The notes under the pieces are model-generated. The model made no database searches. It was not told where the DNA came from and saw only the letters and a list, made by a program, of their open reading frames with translations. A program made the translations under genes and the position numbers. 64,000 nucleotides of DNA from positions 8,866,001 to 8,930,000 of the forward strand of contig JAQFVV010000002.1 of NCBI GenBank assembly GCA_028023455.1, given 5' to 3'. Shown piece by piece: positions 12,576-25,034 of the stretch. The stretch comes from Epiperipatus broadwayi (Eukaryota; Animalia; Onychophora). Every line of letters begins with the position of its first letter. Position 1 is the first letter of the stretch.

Positions 12576-12839
12576 AATTACTAACCTGTATTGTCTATTT
12601 GTGTGTTATTACTAACAAGTTGTTTGTATTTGAAAAGTTTAAATAAAGTTTAAAATTTTCTATACATTCAACATTCACTCATAAATGATGAAAATAGTCC
12701 AACATATCACATCTTAATTCATGTGAATACTTTGCCTTAACATATGCTAATCTTTTAATCAAGTCTGATATTGCTGTGGCTGATCTTTCTATCTCTGCTT
12801 TCTTTAATTTAAATGGTTCTTTTGGTGTAATTCATACTT

Positions 12840-14100
12840 CTAATTCTACTTTTTCACAGGTAAATAAATGTAATGTATGTTTATATATAAAGTGTTCTGG
12901 TAAGTGTCAAGGTTTTTTTCATCATTCATGTTTAAAATTAAGTAGATTAGAGAAATATATTTTTTTCACTATTGGAGGAGGTTCTTTTTAAATATGTGTC
13001 TATAATGGATTATCTTTTAATAGTAATGAAGTTTTAAGGAGTGACTTATATATATATCAAATAATGAGGAAGGTATTGTGAATACAAATGAAAATGTCAA
13101 TAAGGATGATATTAATATATACATTCATGAAAATTTTGACAATGCATGTGGTATTGAATTTTTGACTAATAGTAATATAAGAATGATATCTTTGAGGCAA
13201 GACCATTGGATTTTATTGTTAATGATTCATATGATGATGGTGTAGTTCATGTCAGTATAAATAATAATATTTTTCAATTTAGGAAAGATATAGTTCATGA
13301 TCCAAATAAATTATCTTTGGAAGTTTTATCAAAACTTTCACTTCCTAATGTTCTTAAACTTATAGAATTGACTAATATTTGCTGTACAATATCTCACCCT
13401 TCATTGGAGGAATGTAATTTAAATATACAGAAGGAAGATATAGATACACAATGTATCTTATTAATAAATAGTGATAATGTGGTAAATAATACTAATAAAG
13501 ATAACAGAAATCATACTTCTAAGGAAGATAATGTTCACAAAATAATTCAATGTTGATTAAGTTCATATAAAAATTCCACTGATAATTCTTCTTTTGATCC
13601 TAAAGAGACTACTTGTTGGAATTCTAATATTAATCAATTTTGATTGATGATTTTGATAATGAATGTACATCTGATAATAAAGCTGTTAAAAATTCTTCAA
13701 ATAATATATTTAAGAGATCTACTAACAAAGTTGAACTTAACATGTATAATAATAATTATAATAAGGTGGATAATATGTATTCAAAGACATTGCTTAATAC
13801 TAATAATGTTCATAATAAAAAACAACTTTATGTAGAGTTGTACAATTATATTGGCACAAAGATATATATGCATGCTAAAAATTATTATCAATTACATATG
13901 AAAAATGTCAATAAATAGATTGAAAAGAATGTTGATAAAGACAATAATAAATTTAGAAAAATTTGCAATAATAGTAATATGTTTAATTCTGATTCACAGG
14001 ACAGATATAAATCCTTTAACAAGATAAATAAAATTATCAATCCATTACTTTCATATTCACTTGTTACATCATCTGATTATAATAATAGCCCTTATAATAA
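12840..14100 (+). pseudogene. Decayed PHD-finger-like ORF followed by an Asn-rich region (probably LINE ORF1), cut off by the RTE insertion
   Basis: KCNVCLYIKCSGKCQGFFHHSCLKL (ORF 12776-12991) has PHD-type Cys/His spacing; the downstream ORFs are N/D/K-rich and broken. Confidence 0.45.
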
Positions 14101-14109
14101 TAATTTATA

Positions 14110-16500
14110 TCTTCTAATTCATATGTTAGATATAATAAATATTTTGCCATCATAATCAATCTTTATTTTCATATTTTGAGAAAATCCATTAAACATTACG
14201 TCAGTCTTTTTAACATTTATCTTTAGTCCTACTTTTCTACTTTCATCTGATAACTCCTGCAACATTTCCTGCAGCTCTAAAGCATTATTTGCAAAAACAA
14301 CTACACCATCTGCAAAATCTAAATGACTTAAATAATCTCCATTTACTTTCACTCCTTTAGCTTCCCATTTTAATCCACAAAATACTTCTTGCAACACTGC
14401 TATAAAAAGTTTTGGAGATGTGGAGTCACCCTCTCTCACATCCTTATCAATGTTGACTTTCCTAGTATCATTATGTAATCTAATTGTTGTTCTTGCATTT
14501 TTATAAATATTTTTTAAAATATGACAATATCCTGGATCTATACCTTGATGATCCAATGCTTTAATCACTGAAGAAATGTTTATAGAATCAAATGTCTTTC
14601 TTTTCATAATCTACAAATCTAAAGCATAATGGCAACTCATATTCATTTGTCCTTTCTATAACTTCTCTCAATACATGGATATGATGTACTGTACTAAAAC
14701 CACTTTTAAATCCAGTTTGTTCTCTTTGTTGGTGGAAATCCAAAGTTCTCTGTAGACGAGTTGTAATTATCTTGGTAAAAATTTTGTATAAAACTGATAA
14801 AAGATTGATAGGTCTGTAATTTCTAATATCTTCTTTATCATCATTTTTAAATATTAATATTAATTCCACATGCTTTCAATCATCTGGTACATCTTTATCC
14901 TTTAGACATTTGGTATATAACTTTGCTAAAAAAATTTTTTATTTCTTCACCTGCTTCTTTTAATATATCAATTATAATTCCATCCATGTCTCACTTCTTC
15001 ATTTAGAATTCTGGCAATTTGGAAGATATAATTGATATAGGAGATACTTGTTTTTTTATTACTATATAATTCTTGATAGAAGTCTTCTAACCATTTCATG
15101 ATGTCATCTCTCTTTTTAGTAATTCCATCTTTTTTTCTTATTGCAAATATAAATTTCCTGCCAATACCAAAATGTTGTTTTACACCCTTAAGACTTTTAT
15201 TCTCTTGTACAGTTTTTCTTGCTAATTCACAGTTGTACTTCCTTATATTATTTTCAACTCTTTTCTGCACCATTTTACAAAATTCAAGATATTCAATCCT
15301 TTTTATTGCATCCTTCATATTCCTTCTTTTCTTCATAAATTCTCTAGTCTCAGTAGAAATTTTATTGATCAATTGTTGCCTTTTTCTACCAGTTATCTTT
15401 GTTGCAGCTTTTAAAAGTGTATCAGTTATTTTCATAATAATTTCATTCAAATCTGAATCATGTTCAAAATCTACTAATACTTGAAACCGATTTGTAAGTT
15501 CTAATTTAAATTCATTAGAATGTTTCTGAAGATTAGGAATATCAACTGTAAATATTGTTTTTCTTAATAATTTTTGTCTCTAGTTTTGCATTAACACGTA
15601 TCTTACATCTTACTAATTGATGATCACTTCCTGTGTTAAATTTATTAAGAACATTACAATCTTGAAATATGTATTTCTATTAGTCAAAATATAATCCAAT
15701 TCTGCTGCACCTTCATTTGGATGCTTCCATGCCCATTTCCTTTTAACATTTTTTTTTTGAAAAAAAGAATTCATAATATAAAGTTTTTTTTTTCTGAAAA
15801 CTCCACAAGTCTATGTCCTCTCTCATTTCTCTTACCATAACCAAAATTACCTACAGCACTTTCATCTTTCATTTGTTTACCAATTCAAGTATTAAAGTCT
15901 TCCATAACAATTTTAAAATGTTTACTCTGATCAAAAGCCTTTTATACATCCATATAAAAATCTTCTACTACTTCATCATTGTGAGAACTTGTTGGGGCAT
16001 AAACCTGAATTATCGGCATTTGGTATCTGCTATTAAATTGTATAACTAATCTTGCGACTCTGTCTTATATACCATCAATCTCCACAATGTTGTTCTTCCA
16101 CTTTTTATTTATAATGAATCCTACTCCACTTATATTTCCAATATAGAGTGCATGTCTACTTTTTGTCTCTTCACCTTTTCTTCTAACTTCACAAAATCCA
16201 ATAATGTCCCAATTAATATAACAGTTCTTCTAATTCTTGCAATCTTCCTTCACTTGCAAATGATCTGCAGTTGTAAGTACCTAAATAAAAAGTCATCATC
16301 AAATGGAATTCTGGGTCCACAATCAGGGTATTCATAGCACCCTCATCCTTTGGCCACCAATAGATGCCTTAGTTGGTGACTTTACAGCCACCTGGGAATA
16401 AGGACCATGATTTATTTTTGTCTGTCATGATTATATATATCTATTGTAAAAATATTTATCATTTACACATACATTCATTCTGCCTTATCAGGCAACTGCG
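14110..16500 (-). mobile_element. RTE-clade LINE, 3'-truncated (5' UTR, APE, RT)
   Basis: NYRPINLLSVLYKIFTKII, EQTGFKSGFST, FVDYEK, VREGDSTSPKLF, HLDFADG and VGLKINVKKT in ORFs 14119-14869(-); homologous to 45490-48210. Confidence 0.93.
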
Positions 16501-16989
16501 AAGAAAGACCTTATTTATATATGTGTGTTCTTTTCAACTAGTTAATAGGAAATAATAACCTTTTTGTTAATGAATTAATCTTTAAGTTTGTTCAAAGTAC
16601 GTGTCATGGCATAACTTGACCAAGTTCCAACATGTACATTGTATTCAGAAATCCTTTTTATTCCTTGCCATATTGTTTAAACTTATTTTTAAATATATTT
16701 GAATATTTCTGCATTGTTATTGTATACAAGTATGTATCTTGTACACTATATTTCATATAGAATAAATATAATGGCATGGATATGTGAAAAAAGACCAAAT
16801 GTTTCAAAGAGATATGTGATATCCAAATGTTCTTAATTATCTCTGATATCTCAGTAACTGTATCAAGATTAGGACAAGTGAGTCTGTTTCTATTTGTTTG
16901 TGGCAAAAATTACAGCGAAAATGAGTAGTGGGTATTTCTTCTATGTTTAATTTTAAAATAAAATCAAAAAATTATTACTAGTATTACAA

Positions 16990-17100
16990 CTATTTGTACA
17001 ACTACTATTACTACTACTACTGCTACTCCTTGTCTTCCTTTTTTTTCTCCTCCTCCATCTGTTCCTACTTCTCTTCCTCTTCTTTTTTTTTCTTTTTATT
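16990..17100. repeat. Low-complexity (ACT)n and pyrimidine-rich tract
   Basis: Direct reading: actattattactactactactgctactcc...tcttcctcttctttttttt. Confidence 0.8.
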
Positions 17101-17439
17101 TTTTATATGGTATTTATTAAATATTCTATTTATCAAAATCTATAATATATATCTACTTTATAATTTCATTAAGCTTGTTTTATTATATTTATAGTGTTAT
17201 AAATTATGATGAATATTATTTTGAAACAAAAATATTTTTTACTTTTTTAATCAGAATGATTTTTTCTTCTCCTAACTTATCTCTTTAGTTCTATTGGACT
17301 TAATCATTTGATCTGTAAAGTACATGTGCAGTATAGTAATCTACTATTATTATTACAATTTATAACATCATGCTATATAATTTTTGGATAGAAAGATTTT
17401 TTTGTGGATTACTTATATATTGAAATCTTTTTACGAAAA

Positions 17440-19000
17440 TAGTAATTTGTGGACATTATATGCAAGAACTACCATCTAGTAATAACTTTGTCTTCTGCTC
17501 ATTGTGTAAACAAGGTTTTTATTTTTAATGCAGTTTTATCAGCAAAAAAGCTTTTAGAATTATGCAATGTTTAAATAAACAAAGTTGGAAATGTAAACAA
17601 TATAGATGAAAATGTGTAGATGATAGATGATAATGAATTATGGAGCCTTTTTTAATTTATAAAATATTAAAACAAATAAGTAAGAAATTAAATCTTTTAT
17701 TTGAATTGGAGAAGCTGTTTCAAGGCTAACCAAGTCAATTGGAGAACTGAATTCTCAAATAGTTTACCTGAAAGGTAATGTTAGAACAGTAATGCATGAT
17801 ATTACTTTTCTGATAGATGTTATCAAAAAACAAAATTTTAAAATAATTGGATTAAAGAAGCAAACTGCTGATTTTGTGCAATAAGATTTGGACAAGAATG
17901 TTGGAATTGAATATAATTATGAAAATCTAAGTAATATTATATGAAATTGTGTGAAACAGCCAGATATTATGGATTTTCCCAAGAGATATTGTACATGTTA
18001 AGCAATTAAAATATGTCAAACATTCAAATATCATTGTCTCATGTGTTAATAAAGTAATAAGAGATCATTTTTTGCAAAAGATCAACACATACTTGTAAAT
18101 TATACTTCACTGAAAAATTTGACAGATTGCAAAAGAAAAAAGTTTAAATATGTATGCATTAAAGATGGTAAAATTTTCATAAGAAAAAATAATGGGATTA
18201 AAGCTATTAGAATTATCTGTGAAAATGATATCAAAATTATGACAAAAATAAGATTTTTTTTTCTCATGTGTCATAGCATCAGCCGGGAAGCCAACCTGCT
18301 ATCCCGGGACAACTGCTTGTAAAGCAGCTGTCACTGACCTCTCGACCACCATTGCTTGACAAAAAAATAAGAAATTTCACATAAGAATATAAATGAATTG
18401 ATCATAATAAAAGATCATAAATTTAAGATAGATATATATAATCATGCACTAGAAAACATTTTGATGTATTTTTGATTTTTTTTTAAAAAAATTGTAAACT
18501 ATGATTTTGATAACTGAAATTTGGATAACAAAATAAAATACACTTTATGGTATTAAAGGATATAATTCTATTATTTATCTAAGGTTTACAAAAAGATCTG
18601 GTGAAGTTACGATATTTTATAAATTCCACTTTGTCATAACTCATTCAATTTTCAAAAATAATACTATAAATATATTATTTTTAATAATCAATAAAGCAAG
18701 TCATATTATTTTTAATATAACATTTTTATTAAAGAAATTTACTATCTTGGCATAGTGCAGATCACGCTTATAATAACTATCTGAATTTATAAATGAATTT
18801 AGGATTTTTGGGGTATTTTAAATATTATTTTGGTAGGTAATATTAATATCAATATTATATCAAATCATTTTAATCAGGATGTTCATAATTACTTGCTTAT
18901 TTTATAATTTTTTGGTTTTCAACAACATATTTCCAACCTATTCATTTGTAGGTTATTCATCATTATTACTTGACTATATTTTTATAAAAAATAATCATCT
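17440..19000 (+). mobile_element. Decayed CR1/L2 5' part: ORF1 (PHD to FP25K-like C-terminal domain) and a probable APE relic
   Basis: VFCSLCKQGFYF*C (~17490-17535) and WKCKQ (~17585); KKFKYVCIKDGKIFIRK (ORF 18119-18322); weak ILVGNINI (~18830). The APE part is low confidence. Confidence 0.65.
18254..18355 (-). mobile_element. Short tRNA-Gly-derived SINE, copy 1
   Basis: Minus strand GCAATGGTGGTCGAGAGGTCAGTGACAGCTGCTTTACAAGCAGTTGTCCCGGG...TTCCCGGCTGATGCT plus A-tail; TSD-like tgacaaaaa(aa)taaga at 18240-18253 and 18357-18372. Confidence 0.85.
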
Positions 19001-19769
19001 TAAATTTTTTTTTCTCTAAAAGCACTCATATGGTTGATAGATGTCAAGTAAAAAAATACTTTTGTTATTAAATCTCATAATGAAAAAAAACAATACTATA
19101 TACTATATTTTACTATCTAGATTTTAAATTATTTTTTTTTTTACAATATCTTTAGACAGTGTAGCAGTATGTACATTTAGAAAAATATTAAGTTCTTGAA
19201 TTATTTAGAAAATAATATATTATAACTATATTTATATCTTTATATCATTTTACAATAAACTTCATGTGAAGAAAAAATCGTGTGTGAGTTAAAAATAAAA
19301 AAGTCATATATAAAATATTTATAAAATAATTAAAATTAACAGTTAAAACAAAAAAAAAACAATTGAAATATAAACAGTTATCATCTAATAATATAAAAAT
19401 ATTCATTAATAAACATACATATAAAGTGATATATGTATAAAACAAAATATTAATATTAATAATTATGAGTATAATAAATTCTGTTATCAATCTTAGTCAT
19501 ATCATTTAGTTATAAATATAATGTTTCAAAATTCAATAATATCAATTTTGTCTTATTCTTATTTAATCATTTAATTCAAATTGAAACTTAAAAAAATATT
19601 ATAATTTTGCACACTTGTTACAATATAAACAAACAAAAAAAAATTACAATTGAGAATATAATCGAATATTAAATTTATCCCAGTCGAAATTAATTATTTT
19701 TTTTCTTAAATCTATTTAATGAAATATCAAACATATTTACAAAATAATATTGTATTAAAATATTGAAAT

Positions 19770-20870
19770 ACATTGGATCAATTTAACATACTTGATATTT
19801 ACTGTGGGTTTGTTATAATTAGAATAATCAATCCAAATTAAATGTAGTCTTTCTAGCTTTATCTTCATTTTTAAGAAACAATACTTTGGAATGATTGGCT
19901 ATAAATAATTTTTTGATGATAAAATTCCTGATGTATTATATAAAGAGTCAAGATGATATTTCAATGATTTATTTAAAGTAATCCTTAAAGAAAAGTTCTG
20001 AATCTTAAATGATGTGAAGGTGCCTCCCCAAATAGATATCCTTTGTGTATTAATTTAGGAAGAAAAATTTGCATTTAATACTGTGTTTTCTGTGGTAAAA
20101 TGGTCCTAACTCTATAAAATAGAAAATTTAAAAGTCTTTTTTTTTTGCAAATAAATTATATGTTTGTCCCATATAAAATATGATTCTGGCAATAGTCCCA
20201 AATAAAACTTAGATTCCACTTTTATTAGTGTATTGTTTGACATTTCAACAAAAATATCTTGAAAATTAGATTGATTATTTTATAATTGTGAATAATATAT
20301 TTTGATTTATTATAATTGATGATAAAATTATTATAGAAAAACCACTGCTTAATTGTATTTAAATCCTCATTTATTAATTTTGAAGTAGTTTATAAGTTGC
20401 AGCTATATCATTTGCAAAACATGAAAAATATTTGAATGCAAAGGAAGATTCATCAAGTCATTAATGTAAATAATGAAAAGTAATGAACCTAAAACTGATC
20501 CTTATGGTACATCAAACTTAATCAAAGAGTAGTCACTTAAAACACCATTAATTTTAACAAATTTTTTATATAAATAAAATGCCAGTCAATCATACCCATA
20601 CCATAGTTTTTTTTAACACATTTTTCCTTTGAAACAAAATCAAACACTTTAAGTAAATCTAGATAAACAATTGTTTTATAACCATGTTCTAGTGAATCTG
20701 TAATAAATATATGTTTTGATAATAAAAAATAAGGCTCATGAAGTGACGTGTTAATTTTTGTTAGGTGTATGTTGAAAATTAACAAGGATGTGAATAAATA
20801 GGTTATACAAAGAGTCGAGATGATATTCCAATGGTTTATTTAAAATAATCCTTAAAGAAAAGTTCTGTAG
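19770..20870 (-). mobile_element. Decayed L2/CR1 RT fragment with a 59-bp internal direct repeat
   Basis: IVYLDLLKVFDFVS in ORF 20537-20785(-); IWGGT on the minus strand at ~20020-20035; repeat at 19942-20000 and 20809-20867. Confidence 0.65.
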
Positions 20871-21001
20871 AGTCTTTAAAGATCTTAAATGTTTTAAATA
20901 TAAATATTTAATGTTTTAAATTTCATATATACTGAGATATTATGAAATATCTTCCATGAATGATTTTTTTCACAAATGAGGATTTATAAAGATGAAATTA
21001 A

Positions 21002-21061
<60 letters not shown>
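21002..21061. repeat. (ATT)20 microsatellite
   Basis: Perfect trinucleotide run. Confidence 0.98.
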
Positions 21062-21069
21062 TTATAGCT

Positions 21070-22535
21070 TAATGAAAGTTTAATTTATATAAATATGTGC
21101 AGAATTAAGAATTATATAGATATTCTGATGAATATATTGGCTATACCAACATTATATTATTATATTTATAAAAATATAATGTGAGATATTCATTTAATCA
21201 ATTTTCTGTTACATTAAATATAAAATGTTAAATTTATTGTGGAGATAAGTCACACAAATTTATAAAATGACTGTTAAAGTGTTGATATGTAAATCAAGTG
21301 GAAAAATATTATAATGAAATAGATTTTTTTTCTCCTCTCTCACTCTTTTTTGAATGAGGAAAAGAAAAGCAAAATGAATTAGCTATTAAATAATCCTTTT
21401 AATACATAAGAAGTGAAAATTGTTTTTTTTATTTTTCACTTAAAGTTATGGAAAGATTTGTTGTACTAAGGTTTACATGGAAAATGAAGTGCTAAGTTAA
21501 AGTAAATAACTCATTGGTACCAATCCTAGTGCAATTGCCTAATCTACATTACTTCTCAACTAAGTTTCCAAGCTACTGAAAGTAACTGGAATTTTGAAAA
21601 TGGATGGCTAAAGAAAAACCAAGGATATGAATGCCTTATATAATTACTTTTAGCATTTTATTTAATGATATTAAAAGAGAAAAAATATTGAAGAGAATAT
21701 TTTTTTAGGATAGTGGTAAGACATTTTAAAGCCACAATCGGTCAGGCTTTGATATTGGTTTGTTATTTGTGAATATTCAAGATAAATAAAGGAAAATAAT
21801 TTTTATGAACTTGTAAAGAAAAAAAATAAAAACTATTTTCAAACTTGTTAAAAAAGATATTATTTTCTTGTGCACAAAAGAATGATAGAAATATAATATT
21901 GGAACTTGAATTCTTTTGTGTATAAATGGTATAATACTCTATAATAATGAAGTATTTAGAATTATTTCTGAAAAAGCTATCTAGAAATGATAATTCATAT
22001 ATGTACAAAAGGTTATAACATGAAATTGTAAAGAAAGAAAGCATTCAAACATTTTTTGCAATCTTTGAAACAAAAAGTACTCGAGAAAGGAAATTTCCCA
22101 AAGAAGTTTCTAGTGATTATTTTTTTACTTATAGATTGATTTATTATTTTATTTTTTCATTAATAAATTATTCCTTTGTTTACAAACTTATCAATTGTTA
22201 TTTCATACATTCACTACAGTAATAATGGAATAAAATATCTCATTATCTTATAAAAACACACAGATTAATTGTATTAAGTTAGCATACCACTGTAATACTT
22301 TTCACTTATATTTAACACTTGCTAATAAAATATAACTACTACACACGCAACCTGTAAAATAAAGACCCCCATAGCTCTGAGAACATGCTCTTATATTTGT
22401 TATATCTGAAGTACAGTAACCAAGTAAATAAATATAGGAAGTATGAGTTCTAGATAAATAACTCCTAGTCTTATATTATTTTATTTGTATATTTTATTGC
22501 TTTTGCTGTTACTGACAAGAGTTACCACTACATAA
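21070..22535 (+). mobile_element. Family C copy 1: 3' half of a decayed LINE (L1/Tx1-like)
   Basis: Colinear with 25735-26628 plus 27316-27790 down to the shared end gagttacca(c/t)tac; LRFTWK and LPNL(H/Q)YF relics resemble L1-type ORF2. The repeat status is firm; the clade is tentative. Confidence 0.6.
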
Positions 22536-22769
22536 ATAGCACTGACAACCTGATGTCATCCAATATTTTGTTCTACTGTTAGTGAGTGATGGTGGCCATA
22601 TGTAAATTAGTGTCAACAACATTAAAAGACCTGAATATTTTATTCTGAAAAAAAAAAGAACAAATTGAAATGTTGCTAAAGAGATTGGGACTAATGTTAA
22701 CAAGGCTAAAGAAGAAAAACAGTGAACAACAAATGAGTATGGGGTCACTTGATACTGGAAAAGTCAATC

Positions 22770-24400
22770 AATGGAGGTTGAAATAGTGATAGAAGAAAGT
22801 TTGGGTGTCCATGAGGAGCAAAATCCAGAAGCAGCTGCACTCACATTAGAAATGTTTCTAAAAGATAATAGAAGAAATAATAAATTTAAGGAAGATATTG
22901 AGAAAAAAAATCAAATGAAAGAAGATAATAATAGAAGAGATAAAAAAATAAGAGAACAGATCAAAGAAGATAATGATATGTGATATGAAATGAAACAAAA
23001 AATGCTGGCAGCAATAAACAATAAAATGGATAGAAATTAAGAAATGAATAATAAAATTGACAAAAATCAAAAAGAAATTAATAATATAATTGACAAAAAT
23101 CAAGAAGAAATTAATAATAAAATGGATAGAAATCAAGAATAAATGAAAGAAGTCTATGTTCAAATCAAAGAAGAAAATAACGAATTATTATAAATTTGTA
23201 TAATCACTCTGAAAGAAGAGATGATAAAGCAAATAGATGGACATGTCCAGGGAAAGATGAAGTTCATAGAACAAACACTACATTTTCAGAATATGGTCCA
23301 TGAAGCCATTAGAACCTATCAAGATATTGTACAAGAAACAGTGTTAAGCCTGGGAGAAAGATGACTGAGGCTGGAGAAGAAAGACAATGAAAAGAAAAGG
23401 ATACTTCAAATAGCAGATTTTTCACTTAAAGAAATGCAGATTATAATAGATTGAAAGAGACTGTGCAACAATACAAAGAGAAAAATAAAGTAACACTATA
23501 GGCATAATGGTTCCAAGAAAATAAAAATGATGCAATAGAAGCCAACGTGGATTTGGTGAAAATATATAAAGCATCAATCAATTTTTGAAAATCAAAACAG
23601 ATGTGACATGAGAGAGATGTCAACTTAGCATCTAGATAGTCTAGAAAGCTATTTTGAGTTGAATCCACTAAATAAAAATGAATACGTAGCTATTGCATAT
23701 AACAATTTAAATGTTCCAACTAAGCCTTGATGGAATTCATTAATAATCAAATCAACTACTTATCTGGAATATAAAATATAGATTTTAAGCAGCTTTTGGT
23801 CAGAAGAAAGACCGGAAGCATTAAAATATCAGATCATGCAAGAGAAATTTCAGATCAAAGAATGTCAAACCTATACACAATTCTTTAGATGACAGGTCAA
23901 CAGATTATGAACATTATCTGCATGTGGGAAACTGAATGTCAAATAATCAGAATAATAAGGCACAATTTATTTTTCAAGATTGATCAAATGGTTATTAGTA
24001 CTGACAGAAAGACTACTGAAGAGATGGCAGATTTCATGAATACTGTAGTTATAAGTTACCACAATCTGACTGAAGAAAGCAAACTTATTGTAATAGCCAA
24101 ACCATTATTTAAGAGAGGTGATGCATTCATTGGTAGTATCAAGGTTGATTATAATCCAAAAATACCAACCTTGTAGAAGTCAGGAGAGAACTAAAAGAAA
24201 TTATGAAACAAATAAAACTGAAGTGAGACTGCACTTAAAGTATCAGTCTGAGACATGCATAAAAGTTCCTAAGAAGCAATCCCCATCTTTATCTCCCATT
24301 CGAGGTGCAAGTGAGTCACCTACAAAAAATGGAAAGCAGATAGAAAAAGACAGACCCATACAGAAAAACCAAAAGAATATCATGTCAGCCTAAAACAACT
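22770..24400 (+). mobile_element. Ty3/Gypsy-type gag relic (long coiled coil followed by capsid-like region)
   Basis: E/K/N-rich coiled-coil frames at 22771-23250 with 33-bp repeats; WNSL..TTYLEYK.*ILSSFWSEE (~23730-23810) resembles the retrotransposon gag motif W...F...FL..FWS. Confidence 0.55.
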
Positions 24401-24412
24401 AAAAGTATTTCC

Positions 24413-24477
24413 CTTTAATATCGGTTTTCATATCTTGTGAAAGCTAATTTCACAAGATATGAAAACCGATATTAAAG
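24413..24477. repeat. Perfect hairpin, 30-bp arms and 5-nt loop
   Basis: ctttaatatcggttttcatatcttgtgaaa-gctaa-tttcacaagatatgaaaaccgatattaaag. Confidence 0.97.
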
Positions 24478-24813
24478 AGAAATAAAGAATGGTTTGCTCC
24501 CTGTTGATTTGAGATTTGTTCCAGAATCAGTGATTTTGAAAATAAAATAATATAATTTTTTTTTAAAAAAATAAATAAAGAAATATCTTTAATTTTTAAA
24601 ATTATTTGACAAGAATGTAAAGAAATATCTTTCATAATAAAATTATTATTAAATGGTATTAACTGAAACACAGGCTTGTTATATACCTGTGGCTATATAT
24701 ATATATGTAATATAGGGTATATGAGCCCAGACTTTCACACCACCCACCTCTCTCCACTCTATCTAATAACACTGATACACCTAAACACATATATGCTGAA
24801 AAGATAACTAATC

Positions 24814-24857
24814 ACCAATATATGTATTTCATGCTAAACCAGCAATCATCAGTTGGT
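24814..24857 (-). ncRNA. Minimal type I hammerhead ribozyme motif (family A)
   Basis: Minus strand: ACCAA-CUGAUGA-U-UGCUG-GUU-UAGCA-U-GAAA-UACAUA-UA/UUGGU; core intact except U.U at the 10.1-11.1 pair. Confidence 0.7.
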
Positions 24858-25034
24858 CCAGACTATCATCTTTACACACATATATAGTATAAGTGCTCAG
24901 ATATATATTAAGATAGACTATCCTCATAGTTTAATGGACAGGCTTCAATCCACTCCATTAAACTATGAGGATAGTCTATCTTAATATATATCTGAGCACT
25001 TATACTATATATGTGTGTAAAGATGATAGTCTGG

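Larger units (their letters stand above)
12127..12749. mobile_element. Family B: head-to-head dimer of a tRNA-headed, hammerhead-bearing SINE-like element
   Basis: Arms ~12136-12425 / 12441-12750 are reverse complements; the minus-strand head reads GACAGAATAGCTCATTTGGTTGAGCATTTGCC (tRNA 5' half / A box) with B-box-like (T/G)(A)AGTTCA; flanked by the 13-bp direct repeat ATCTTTTAATCAA (12114-12126, 12750-12762). Confidence 0.8.

Noticed and set aside
16650-16930. RING-finger-like Cys/His pattern on the minus strand (FRCNFCHK...FFTYPCH)
   Set aside because: The spacing does not fit a RING domain and the frame has stops; likely chance or an unrecognisable relic.
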